From an uncultured Candidatus Saccharibacteria bacterium (GTDB taxonomy: Bacteria; Patescibacteriota; Minisyncoccia; Phycocordibacterales; Phycocordibacteraceae), in the NCBI GenBank assembly GCA_964473795.1, contig CAYYQT010000003.1, forward strand, positions 1-57,080: DNA of 57,080 bases, in the 5' to 3' direction. The notes under the pieces are model-generated. The model saw only the letters and a list, made by a program, of their open reading frames with translations, was not told the DNA's origin and did no database searches. The first letter of the stretch is position 1. Each line of letters opens with the position of its first letter. A program made the translations under genes and the position numbers. Below are positions 9,811-16,589 of the stretch, in pieces.

Positions 9811-10569
9811 ATGGACTGTCAGACAAACACAATGTACTCTATACACTATATGCTTTACTTAATTGCAGGCGCTGTGTTTACAGCAACAATTCTCGGTGGG
9901 TCACTAGCACTAATACTAAAAGATAGACTTCATTTAATTTTAGGTTTTAGTGCTGGTGCTGTTATAGCCGTTGCTTTTTTTGGGATACTTCCTGAGGCGA
10001 TTGGTCTTGGCGGAGATACATACTCTGCATCTACAATTCTCTCAATAACAGCCTTTGGTTTTATGCTTTATTTACTCCTAGACAGAATGTTTTTACTACA
10101 CAGTCACGATGATGACAAAAATACCATGCACAACAAGCGCGGAGTTGCTGGAGCCGGCAGTTTATCATTCCATAGTTTTCTTGATGGTATAGGTATAGGT
10201 TTTGCCTTCCAAGTTTCTCCAACTGTTGGAGCTATTGTAACGATAGGAGTTCTTGCTCATGATTTTTCCGATGGTATTAATACAGTTAACTTAATACTAA
10301 AAAATAACGGAACTGTCGCAAAAGCTCGTAAGTGGCTTTTGATAGATGCAGTAACGCCAGTTATAGGAATTGCACTTACTTTCCTATTAACAATATCTAG
10401 CAGCATACTCTCGTTGTTACTAGCACTATTTGCCGGATTCTTTTTATATATAGGAGCTAGCGATCTAATACCAGAAAGTTACCATGCACACCCTGTACGT
10501 TGGACAACATACTCTACTATCTTAGGTGTTGTTATTTTATATCTAGTTGTTAAGTTTGCTTCTGCATAA
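9811..10569 (+). CDS. ZIP-family divalent metal transporter
   Basis: 252 aa with about 8 TM helices. A His/Asp-rich cytoplasmic loop (LLHSHDDDKNTMHNKR) and the ..LAHDFSDGINT.. motif are typical of ZIP/ZupT permeases. Confidence 0.75.
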   Translation: MDCQTNTMYSIHYMLYLIAGAVFTATILGGSLALILKDRLHLILGFSAGAVIAVAFFGILPEAIGLGGDTYSASTILSITAFGFMLYLLLDRMFLLHSHDDDKNTMHNKRGVAGAGSLSFHSFLDGIGIGFAFQVSPTVGAIVTIGVLAHDFSDGINTVNLILKNNGTVAKARKWLLIDAVTPVIGIALTFLLTISSSILSLLLALFAGFFLYIGASDLIPESYHAHPVRWTTYSTILGVVILYLVVKFASA

Positions 10570-10606
10570 AACAAAATAATCAGTTAAAAACTGATTATTT
10601 TGTTTT
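10568..10606. terminator. Bidirectional terminator hairpin between ZIP gene and trmD
   Basis: aaaacaaaataatcag / ctgattattttgtttt form a perfect 16-bp stem with a 7-nt loop. Both strands are U-rich after the stem. The hairpin abuts the stop codons of both convergent genes. Confidence 0.7.
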
Positions 10607-11276
10607 ATCTTTTCTTACGCCAAGCGTCTATTAACGCATGGTTACCTGTTTGTAAAACTTTTGGAACTTTATATTTCTTTCCGTTCCATTCTATTGTTTC
10701 TGGTCTTGTGTATGTTTCGTGTGCAGAAATCCTACGTTCTTCTATTGATTCGTCTTTACCTAAAACACCAGACAACCTTCGTGTAACAACGTCTACAATA
10801 GTCATCGCTGGCAATTCTCCACCAGTTAATATATACGGACCTATTGAGTATTTTTTTACCGTTGCGATTGTTTTAAATATTTTAAGTGCACGTTCGTCTA
10901 TACCCTCATAGCGCCCAGCAACCAAAACAACGTCATCGTATTTTGACAAAACGTCAGCCTCTTTGTTTGTAAAATCTTTACCGCCAGGAGTAAACCAAAC
11001 TATAACTACTTTAGAATTCTTACGGCGAGCTAGTGATTTTTTTACGGCGTTTACAACTGGTAGAGCAGCCATAACCATTCCAGGACCACCGCCATATGGA
11101 CGTTCATCTATTTTTCCCCATACATTAGTTACAAAATCACGCGGATTTTGGTATGAAATTTTTATATGTTTTTCTTTTTGGGCACGTCCGAGTATAGACG
11201 CATTAAGATACGGCTCACAAGCTTCCTGAAAAAGTGTTACTAAATGAAACCGTAATGTTTTTCTTTGTTTGGGCAT
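10605..11276 (-). CDS. trmD: tRNA (guanine37-N1)-methyltransferase
   Basis: 223 aa. The YGGGPGMVM SAM-binding knot motif is present, and the gene sits in the conserved rpsP-KH-trmD order. Confidence 0.9.
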   Translation of the reverse strand: MPKQRKTLRFHLVTLFQEACEPYLNASILGRAQKEKHIKISYQNPRDFVTNVWGKIDERPYGGGPGMVMAALPVVNAVKKSLARRKNSKVVIVWFTPGGKDFTNKEADVLSKYDDVVLVAGRYEGIDERALKIFKTIATVKKYSIGPYILTGGELPAMTIVDVVTRRLSGVLGKDESIEERRISAHETYTRPETIEWNGKKYKVPKVLQTGNHALIDAWRKKR

Positions 11277-11344
11277 ATTTACATTTAAGCATCTTCTCGA
11301 TACCTACGCTCATAATTATCGATATGTAATTTACGTACAAATAA

Positions 11345-11656
11345 TTAGCCGCCTAGTTCATCAACAGCTTCGTCTATTGTTTTGAATTCATGTTCTCTTT
11401 TTCCACCAACTGGTTCAGTTATTTTCAAATTGACACGAGCGTTATTTTTCATACCAACAACACGCAAAAGTGTTCGAAGAGCTTTTGCTGTAGCGCCATC
11501 TTTACCTATTATTTTCCCCATGTCATCTGGATGCACAGTAAGAGTTAACAGAACACCCATTTCGTCCACAGAACGCTCTGTTTGTACTGAATCTGTATTA
11601 TCAACAAGTGATTTAATTGTATATTCTAGAAATTGTTGGTCGTGTTCCATGTTCAA
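11345..11656 (-). CDS. KH-domain RNA-binding protein (YlqC/UPF0109-like)
   Basis: 103 aa. The GKIIGKDGATAKALRTLL block is a KH GXXG motif. Conserved position between rpsP and trmD. Confidence 0.8.
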   Translation of the reverse strand: MNMEHDQQFLEYTIKSLVDNTDSVQTERSVDEMGVLLTLTVHPDDMGKIIGKDGATAKALRTLLRVVGMKNNARVNLKITEPVGGKREHEFKTIDEAVDELGG

Positions 11657-11701
11657 AAATATATTATATAAAGGATAGTTATAACTACCAAAGCACTTAG
11701 A

Positions 11702-12094
11702 CTAAACAGCTGTTTCTACTGTTTCCTTTTTTTCTTCTACAACTACCTCTTTTTTTGCAGGTTCTGCTTCTTGAGTTTTTTCTGAAGCAGGTTTTTCTGT
11801 CTCATCACCCTCTTTTTTAATAGGATTTTTCTTAGGAAGAACGTTTACAATATCTCCTTCGAGAACGTCCTTTTTGATTAGTAGGTTCATAAGTGATGGC
11901 GAAACTTGTGCGCCATTACTCATCCAGTATTTAATACGGTCAGCGTTTACTGTTGACACCTTTGTCTTTGGGTTATATGTACCAACAAGGTCAACAAACT
12001 TACCAGCTTTTGGTCCTGCTGTTTTTTCTGTAACAACCATTCGGAACGACGGATCGTTACGACGGCCTATACGCTGAAATCGAATCATTAACAT
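11702..12094 (-). CDS. rpsP: 30S ribosomal protein S16 with acidic/lysine-rich C-terminal extension
   Basis: ORF 11702..12136. The ATG at 12094 gives MLMIRFQRIGRRNDPSFRMVV, which matches the canonical S16 N-terminus. The C-terminal ~50 aa form a low-complexity E/K tail. Confidence 0.9.
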   Translation of the reverse strand: MLMIRFQRIGRRNDPSFRMVVTEKTAGPKAGKFVDLVGTYNPKTKVSTVNADRIKYWMSNGAQVSPSLMNLLIKKDVLEGDIVNVLPKKNPIKKEGDETEKPASEKTQEAEPAKKEVVVEEKKETVETAV

Positions 12095-12236
12095 ATGTAG
12101 CAACACAGTACCAGAACGAAAGGCTCTGGTCAACAACTCGCGTAAGACTTGGTCGTGTTTATATCAATTTACGTTATATAAAACACAAAATCGGGCCGTC
12201 TGAGAAAAAATCCCAGTACGACCCGACCACCTTTTC

Positions 12237-12596
12237 CTACCGCACTGTCGCGCCAACTGCGACAGGCTTTCCGTCAATCAATGTAAAGCGCGACGGAGGC
12301 ATTGTTTTTACGGTGATGATTCGATAATCATCACCACTCTTAACAATGACAACCTCGTTCTCGTCTTTCTTGAACGAGGTTATCATTGTGTACAGAACTC
12401 CATTGCTCAACTGGAATTCGTACGAATGCTCTGGAGGTATTTGATATACCCCCACTACAAAACCACCCAGGAACATAATTGCCACGACAACAGAAAGTGC
12501 TCCAATCGCTAGGAGCTTACTCTTACTTAATGCAACAAGCGAAAAAATTCCACTTGTCAACACTAAAAACAAACCAAAAACTTGGAAAGACATCAT
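12237..12596 (-). CDS. Hypothetical membrane-anchored protein (2 TM plus small C-terminal domain)
   Basis: 119 aa. A strong SD precedes the start (AGGAGA, 6 nt, ATG; rc of 12597-12612). Two N-terminal hydrophobic helices. The 3' end is GC-richer than its surroundings. No recognisable family. Confidence 0.6.
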   Translation of the reverse strand: MMSFQVFGLFLVLTSGIFSLVALSKSKLLAIGALSVVVAIMFLGGFVVGVYQIPPEHSYEFQLSNGVLYTMITSFKKDENEVVIVKSGDDYRIITVKTMPPSRFTLIDGKPVAVGATVR

Positions 12597-12737
12597 CTTT
12601 TTTCTCCTGTTTGTTGAAATTAAGATTAAACAGTCTACTTACTGAAGTATCACATACTTACATATTAATCAACATATACAATACTTATCTGATTACATAC
12701 AGTACTGTTAACAATCAAATATGTAAAACAAATTATT

Positions 12738-12766
12738 AAACCCCGCCATTAAATGGCGGGGTTTTT
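12738..12766 (-). terminator. Rho-independent terminator of the 109-aa/78-aa cassette
   Basis: The ccccgcca/tggcgggg stem (12741-12748 / 12754-12761) has A/T extensions and T-runs on both sides. The TAA stop of ORF 12749..12985 lies in the loop. Confidence 0.75.
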
Positions 12767-12985
12767 GTTGTGTTTTTGCAAGCCCAACCTCCTCTCCCTT
12801 CTTTGAGAGGCAAGTAGTACTCTAACAGACACAACGCAAACGACGGACACGAGTATCGCCGTTTGCAAGAACGCCACGAATACCGAGATAACTACAGAAT
12901 CTGCAACTATCTCAAATAGGCTCAGCGTGGTGCACAAGAAAAGACCCGCACCAATGAGCCTAAAGTTAAAAAATGTCATGACCAT
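12749..12985 (-). CDS. Hypothetical small 2-TM membrane protein with basic tail
   Basis: 78 aa. Two hydrophobic helices followed by QRRERRLGLQKHNK. The start overlaps the upstream ORF by 20 nt, suggesting translational coupling. Confidence 0.5.
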   Translation of the reverse strand: MVMTFFNFRLIGAGLFLCTTLSLFEIVADSVVISVFVAFLQTAILVSVVCVVSVRVLLASQRRERRLGLQKHNKNPAI

Positions 12986-13295
12986 TCTCCAACCTCTTTA
13001 CGATTTCCTGCTCGGAACAGATAAGTCTCGAGAGCTCTTTGCGATCTATTTTAGCGCCTGTCATGTTTGCGCGATTAACTAAAATAGAGAGCTCTAATAG
13101 CTCTTTTACGACGTGTCTTGCGCCCCTTAAACAAAGAACCATAAGCTCTTTGTTTGATGTTCCAAGCGCCTCGTAGGAAACGAGACCATCGTCTTTAAAG
13201 GCACGGATGATGAGGTAATTTATCATATACGACGAATCACCACCAGCACACATTAACTCGCGAAGAGCCTTAAATGAAAGCTCAAAATTATTCAT
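12966..13295 (-). CDS. Hypothetical soluble helical protein
   Basis: 109 aa with no recognisable motifs. A weak SD (AAAGGA) precedes the ATG. It lies directly downstream of copy 1 of the duplicated promoter cassette. Confidence 0.5.
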   Translation of the reverse strand: MNNFELSFKALRELMCAGGDSSYMINYLIIRAFKDDGLVSYEALGTSNKELMVLCLRGARHVVKELLELSILVNRANMTGAKIDRKELSRLICSEQEIVKRLENGHDIF

Positions 13296-13318
13296 GACAG
13301 ATCCTTTCTTGTTTAGGA

Positions 13319-13430
13319 TTAATTCATTTTAACCCTATCTTTCAAAAGCCTACTACATAAAGAATACCTAAACAAGTCAATAGCAAACCATTCCATATAT
13401 CAAACACAGAACCCTTACATACTTAAAACA
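13319..13430. repeat. Direct repeat copy 1 (promoter-containing cassette)
   Basis: The first 70 nt are identical to 14974-15043. After a 17-nt insertion (cattccatatatcaaac) a further 26 nt match with one mismatch. The minus strand carries TTGACT (rc of 13375-13380), then 17 nt, then TGTAGT. Confidence 0.9.
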
Positions 13431-13483
13431 GCATATAAACTCATTAACTAATCTACAAAAAACCAATTTTCAGTCAACCCACT

Positions 13484-13885
13484 CTAACAAAACTCAACAA
13501 ACTCGGAAGTTTCAATCTTCAGCAAGATTGTACCTTTGTCCGAACTTTTTTTGAAGAAAATCCCGAATAGGAATCGGAACGCTTCGAGTACTTTCTCTCG
13601 CGCTCTGCGGAGCGCGTATGACAACACCGCACCATCGCCCTCGTTACCTCGGTCGGGTTCGCTCAGAAATTCCAAAACAACAAACTAAAACAAGTTTTAT
13701 TACTTACGCAATATCGTTTGTTGTTTCTCCATTCCTTTGCGAACTGTGGTGCTATGTCTGTGGTTAATCGAGAATACTCTCGGTACAAAACACTTCACAT
13801 TGGCAACTCACTTCGTGAGTTATGCCTGCTCAGTATTTTGTACCTCGCTTAGTGGCTTCGACTAGAGTTTGGTGTGAATCTGAAC
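13484..13885. other. Hairpin-dense, GC-enriched non-coding block (candidate structured RNA, class unknown)
   Basis: Stops occur in all frames on both strands, except one 63-codon ORF using atypical GC-rich codons. Perfect hairpins lie at 13513-13530, 13599-13616 (cgcgctc-tgcg-gagcgcg), 13675-13726 (11-bp stem), 13769-13782 and 13782-13844 (9-bp base plus aactca-cttcg-tgagtt tip). Confidence 0.3.
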
Positions 13886-13919
13886 AAAAAAAAGATTGTG
13901 CTACGCACAAGTAAATCTT
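13886..13919 (-). terminator. Rho-independent terminator of the threonine-aldolase-like gene
   Basis: Minus strand: aagatt-tactt-gtgc-gta-gcac-aatctt followed by T8, 17 nt after the stop codon. Confidence 0.6.
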
Positions 13920-13936
13920 ATTCCCCGCCCACACCA

Positions 13937-14962
13937 CTATGATTGCAAGTCTACGATAAAACTTTCAACATCCGTTTCTTTGGTTGCCCATGATGTAACT
14001 ATACGGACTGCTGATTTTTCATCGTCAATTTTTTGCCAAACATAGAATCCATATTTTTCTTTCAATTTCTCTATGAGTTCATTTGGTAAAATTGGAAAAA
14101 TCTGATTTGAAACGGGTTGTGTCAAAAACTCATGTCCGAGACTTGAAATCTCTTTTGATAACTTTGTTGCCATAGAGTTTGCATGTTTCGCCAAATCAAA
14201 AAATAATTCATCTTTGAAAAGTTCTATAAACTGAACTCCCAAAACACGACCTTTTGCAAGCAGTCCTGCTTTTTGTTTTATGTTATATCTGAAATCTTTC
14301 TTTAGTTCGTCGTTACAGACAACAATAGCTTCGCCAAGCAGTGCTCCGTTTTTGGTTCCGCCGATATAAAAAGCGTCAACCAATTTTGCAATGTCCGATA
14401 ATATCAAGTCGTTATGCTCTGATGTTAATGCTGAACCGAGACGCGCACCGTCAAGATACAAAAGTAGATTATTATGTTTGCAAAAGTCTGACAATTTCGT
14501 TAGTTCCTCTTTATCGTAAATACTGCCGATTTCCGTTGAGTTTGAAATGGAAACTATTCTCGGTTTTACCATATGCTCGTCGCCATGTTGGTCTAAAACT
14601 GATTTGATATCCTCTGGTGTTAATTTTCCATTTTCAGTACACACAGTATTTATTTTGTGCCCCACCGCTTCAATTGCTCCAGCTTCATGTACGGCAATGT
14701 GTGCAATATCTGTAGAAATAATTGACTCGTAAGATTTGAGAGCAGATGAAAGTACTATCAAATTTGCTTGCGAACCTGCGGATATAAAATGAACATCTGC
14801 ATTTGGGTTATCCATTTTTCCGCGGATAAGTTTTGCGGCTTCAGCACAATAATCGTCCATACCGTATCCGTCTTGTTGAATAAGGTTTGTTTTGTTAAGA
14901 GCATCCAAAATACTTGGATGTACTCCTTCACTGTAATCGTCTTTGAAACTAATTTTTGTCAT
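13937..14962 (-). CDS. ltaE: PLP-dependent low-specificity threonine aldolase / beta-eliminating lyase family protein
   Basis: 341 aa. Family layout: ..SAGSQANL.., ..YLDGARLG.. and a PLP-lysine block ..YIGGTKNGA... No SD is present. Copy 2 of the repeat lies immediately upstream. Confidence 0.7.
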   Translation of the reverse strand: MTKISFKDDYSEGVHPSILDALNKTNLIQQDGYGMDDYCAEAAKLIRGKMDNPNADVHFISAGSQANLIVLSSALKSYESIISTDIAHIAVHEAGAIEAVGHKINTVCTENGKLTPEDIKSVLDQHGDEHMVKPRIVSISNSTEIGSIYDKEELTKLSDFCKHNNLLLYLDGARLGSALTSEHNDLILSDIAKLVDAFYIGGTKNGALLGEAIVVCNDELKKDFRYNIKQKAGLLAKGRVLGVQFIELFKDELFFDLAKHANSMATKLSKEISSLGHEFLTQPVSNQIFPILPNELIEKLKEKYGFYVWQKIDDEKSAVRIVTSWATKETDVESFIVDLQS

Positions 14963-14973
14963 ATTAAAATTTA

Positions 14974-15069
14974 TTAATTCATTTTAACCCTATCTTTCAA
15001 AAGCCTACTACATAAAGAATACCTAAACAAGTCAATAGCAAACACAGAACCCTTACATACTTAACACAG
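14974..15069. repeat. Direct repeat copy 2 (promoter-containing cassette)
   Basis: Matches 13319-13430 (70 nt identical, then 26 nt with one mismatch, and lacks the 17-nt insert). TTGACT is at rc 15030-15035. It starts 12 nt upstream of the ltaE ATG. Confidence 0.9.
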
Positions 15070-15209
15070 TATCTAAAAACTATATAAACTTACCAATTGT
15101 GTATTGATTACTATATAAATAGAAAATACCACTATCTCAAAGACATATTCCTTCTTACACGAATAGAAATGGGACTAAACAAAATACAATGTCTTAAAAA
15201 GGTTTTCAC

Positions 15210-15574
15210 TTATAAAGACATATTCAACGGCGCCTTGATGTCACCGACATCAACAGTGCCGCACAAGTTCTCTGTGTGAACCGACGTACCTTTAGGTACG
15301 CCAATTGTAACCCTTTTGGCATTTCGGTTTTGTTTGCCCCGCCGACAACTACACTGTTGCCGTTGCCGATTACCGACGACACAACGTTTCCGTTGCCGAT
15401 CATGGTAATTGTTTGGTTACTGCTGTTGTTAGTGGTACTGCCACTAACAACAGCAGTACCTCCATCTACATAATAGTTAACAGACCCTCACGGGTCATCA
15501 ACGAAAAAAGTTTTCCTTACAACAAGTTTAACATCGCAACTTACGTTGCGAATGATAATTCTTGAAATACTCAT
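15210..15574 (-). pseudogene. Disrupted gene for a Gly/Asn/Val-rich beta-helix-like protein (in-frame TGA plus probable frameshift)
   Basis: A strong SD (AGGAGA, 5 nt) precedes the ATG at 15574. It reads MSISRIIIRNVSCDVKLVVRKTFFVDDP, then TGA (15488-15490). The same frame continues GSVNYYVDGGTAVVSGSTTNNSSNQTITMIGNGNVVSSVIGNGNSVVVGGAN. After ggggcaaacaaaacc, a shifted frame reads protein-like (VTIGVPKGTSVHTENLCGTVDVGDIKAPLNMSL*), whereas frame 0 turns into a basic junk tail. Confidence 0.45.
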
Positions 15575-15731
15575 AGTCTTCTCCTATTAAACGACTCACT
15601 ATTGAGCCTCTGTTATCATAAATAACACTTAATTTTAGTTATGTCAATACATATCACTCCAATGAGACACTTAAGATATTTAGCGGTTAGACTGTAACCA
15701 TTGCACTCTCTGAGCGCGAAGTTTTAATCTG

Positions 15732-15816
15732 CGGAGACGGTGGGATTCGAACCCACGAGGGCGTAAACCCTACTTCGTTAGCAGTGAAGCGCTTTCGGCC
15801 ACTCAGCCACGTCTCC
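15732..15816 (-). tRNA. tRNA-Ser (anticodon GCU)
   Basis: 85 nt. Acceptor GGAGACG/CGTCTCC, anticodon loop CTGCTAA, long variable arm (AGGG-TTTACG-CCCT), T arm GTGGG-TTCGAAT-CCCAC, discriminator G. Confidence 0.9.
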
Positions 15817-15915
15817 ATATCGTTATGTGCAAGTTAGCACACAATGTGCACTTTATCATATCTGAGATGTTTTGTATGGCATCTCATGCTATTTCTACGG
15901 TTTTGGAAACGGTAA

Positions 15916-16092
15916 TTAAATACCGATTAGTTTCGCCAGCCTGAAACCAATCCAAATACCAACAATACCACCAACAGCCGTCAGAAATATTGCACTCATT
16001 GAAAACATACTGCCTCCCCACAAAATCGGTACCATACCACCAAGTGTCGTTCCAATGAAAAGCCCACCCCATATAAATGACTTTCTGCTCAT
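15916..16092 (-). CDS. Small glycine-zipper membrane protein (58 aa, not in the supplied ORF track)
   Basis: My translation is MSRKSFIWGGLFIGTTLGGMVPILWGGSMFSMSAIFLTAVGGIVGIWIGFRLAKLIGI*. It has two TM helices with GxxxG spacing. A perfect TATAAT lies 7 nt upstream of the ATG. It is more plausible than the W/C-rich 62-aa ORF listed in another frame. Confidence 0.5.
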   Translation of the reverse strand: MSRKSFIWGGLFIGTTLGGMVPILWGGSMFSMSAIFLTAVGGIVGIWIGFRLAKLIGI

Positions 16093-16147
16093 ATAAATGA
16101 TTATACTCTATGTGTAGGTATCAGCCGCAGGGTGTAGAATAAAGATA

Positions 16148-16585
16148 ATGAATTATTCACTTGCAGCTGGTGGCATTGTTCTTGGAGACAGCGGAAACAT
16201 AGCGCTTGTTCGCGTTAGAGGAGGAGATGGTTCGTGGCTCTTTCCAAAAGGACACATAGACCATGATGAAAATGACGAATCAGCAGCTAGGCGCGAGATA
16301 CTCGAAGAAACAGGGCTCGGAGATTTAGAGATTTTGGACGACCTTGGAACGTACACAAGACCTCACATACAAAAAGACGGCACTAGTAATGTGTTAGAAC
16401 AAAAGAAAATACACATGTTTTTATTTGCAGCCCAACCACACTCGACACTTGTACCAACCATGGAAATTGAATCTGCAGAATGGGTACCGTTTCGCGATGT
16501 TGCAAAACGTATAGGAAATACAAAAGACGCAGCGTGGTTTACAAGTGTTTTCACACGAGTACGTGAAGCAGTACAAAGAGACTAA
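16148..16585 (+). CDS. NUDIX hydrolase
   Basis: 145 aa with a Nudix box, GHIDHDENDESAARREILEETGL (GX5EX7REUXEEXGU). Confidence 0.85.
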   Translation: MNYSLAAGGIVLGDSGNIALVRVRGGDGSWLFPKGHIDHDENDESAARREILEETGLGDLEILDDLGTYTRPHIQKDGTSNVLEQKKIHMFLFAAQPHSTLVPTMEIESAEWVPFRDVAKRIGNTKDAAWFTSVFTRVREAVQRD

Positions 16586-16589
16586 TTTT

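Noticed and set aside
13484-13675. 63-aa ORF (TTG start) inside the hairpin-dense block
   Set aside because: It uses GC-rich Arg/Ala codons atypical for this genome and coincides with perfect stem-loops. It has no SD and no homolog-like motifs. It is treated as non-coding.
13484-13936. tmRNA, SRP RNA, 6S RNA, or glycine/TPP riboswitch identity for the structured block next to ltaE
   Set aside because: There is no tRNA-like acceptor/T-arm with a CCA-proximal end, no SRP GGAA-tetraloop/AGCA symmetric loop, and no GGAGAG...CACCGAAGGGGCAA or CUGAGA...ACCUGAUCUGGAUAAUGCCAGCG cores. The block also lies downstream of ltaE, not upstream. Its class is left open.
15587-15609. T7-like promoter core: acgactcactat (15591-15602) matches 12 consecutive positions of the phage T7 class III promoter
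   Set aside because: The -17 to -14 positions and the initiating GGG do not match. No single-subunit RNA polymerase gene is in the window. The orientation would only produce antisense RNA to tRNA-Ser. It is probably a chance match, though a genome-wide count of the 12-mer would settle it.
12140-15731. Classical integrative element (genomic island with integrase and att sites) at tRNA-Ser
   Set aside because: No integrase, recombinase or transposase ORF was found, and no recognisable direct repeat of the tRNA-Ser 3' end. It is reported only as an accessory islet of uncertain origin.
15884-16072. 62-aa Trp/Cys-rich ORF listed in the track
   Set aside because: Another frame of the same strand gives a clean two-TM glycine-zipper protein with a promoter-proximal ATG (15916..16092). 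The listed frame looks like an out-of-frame artefact.
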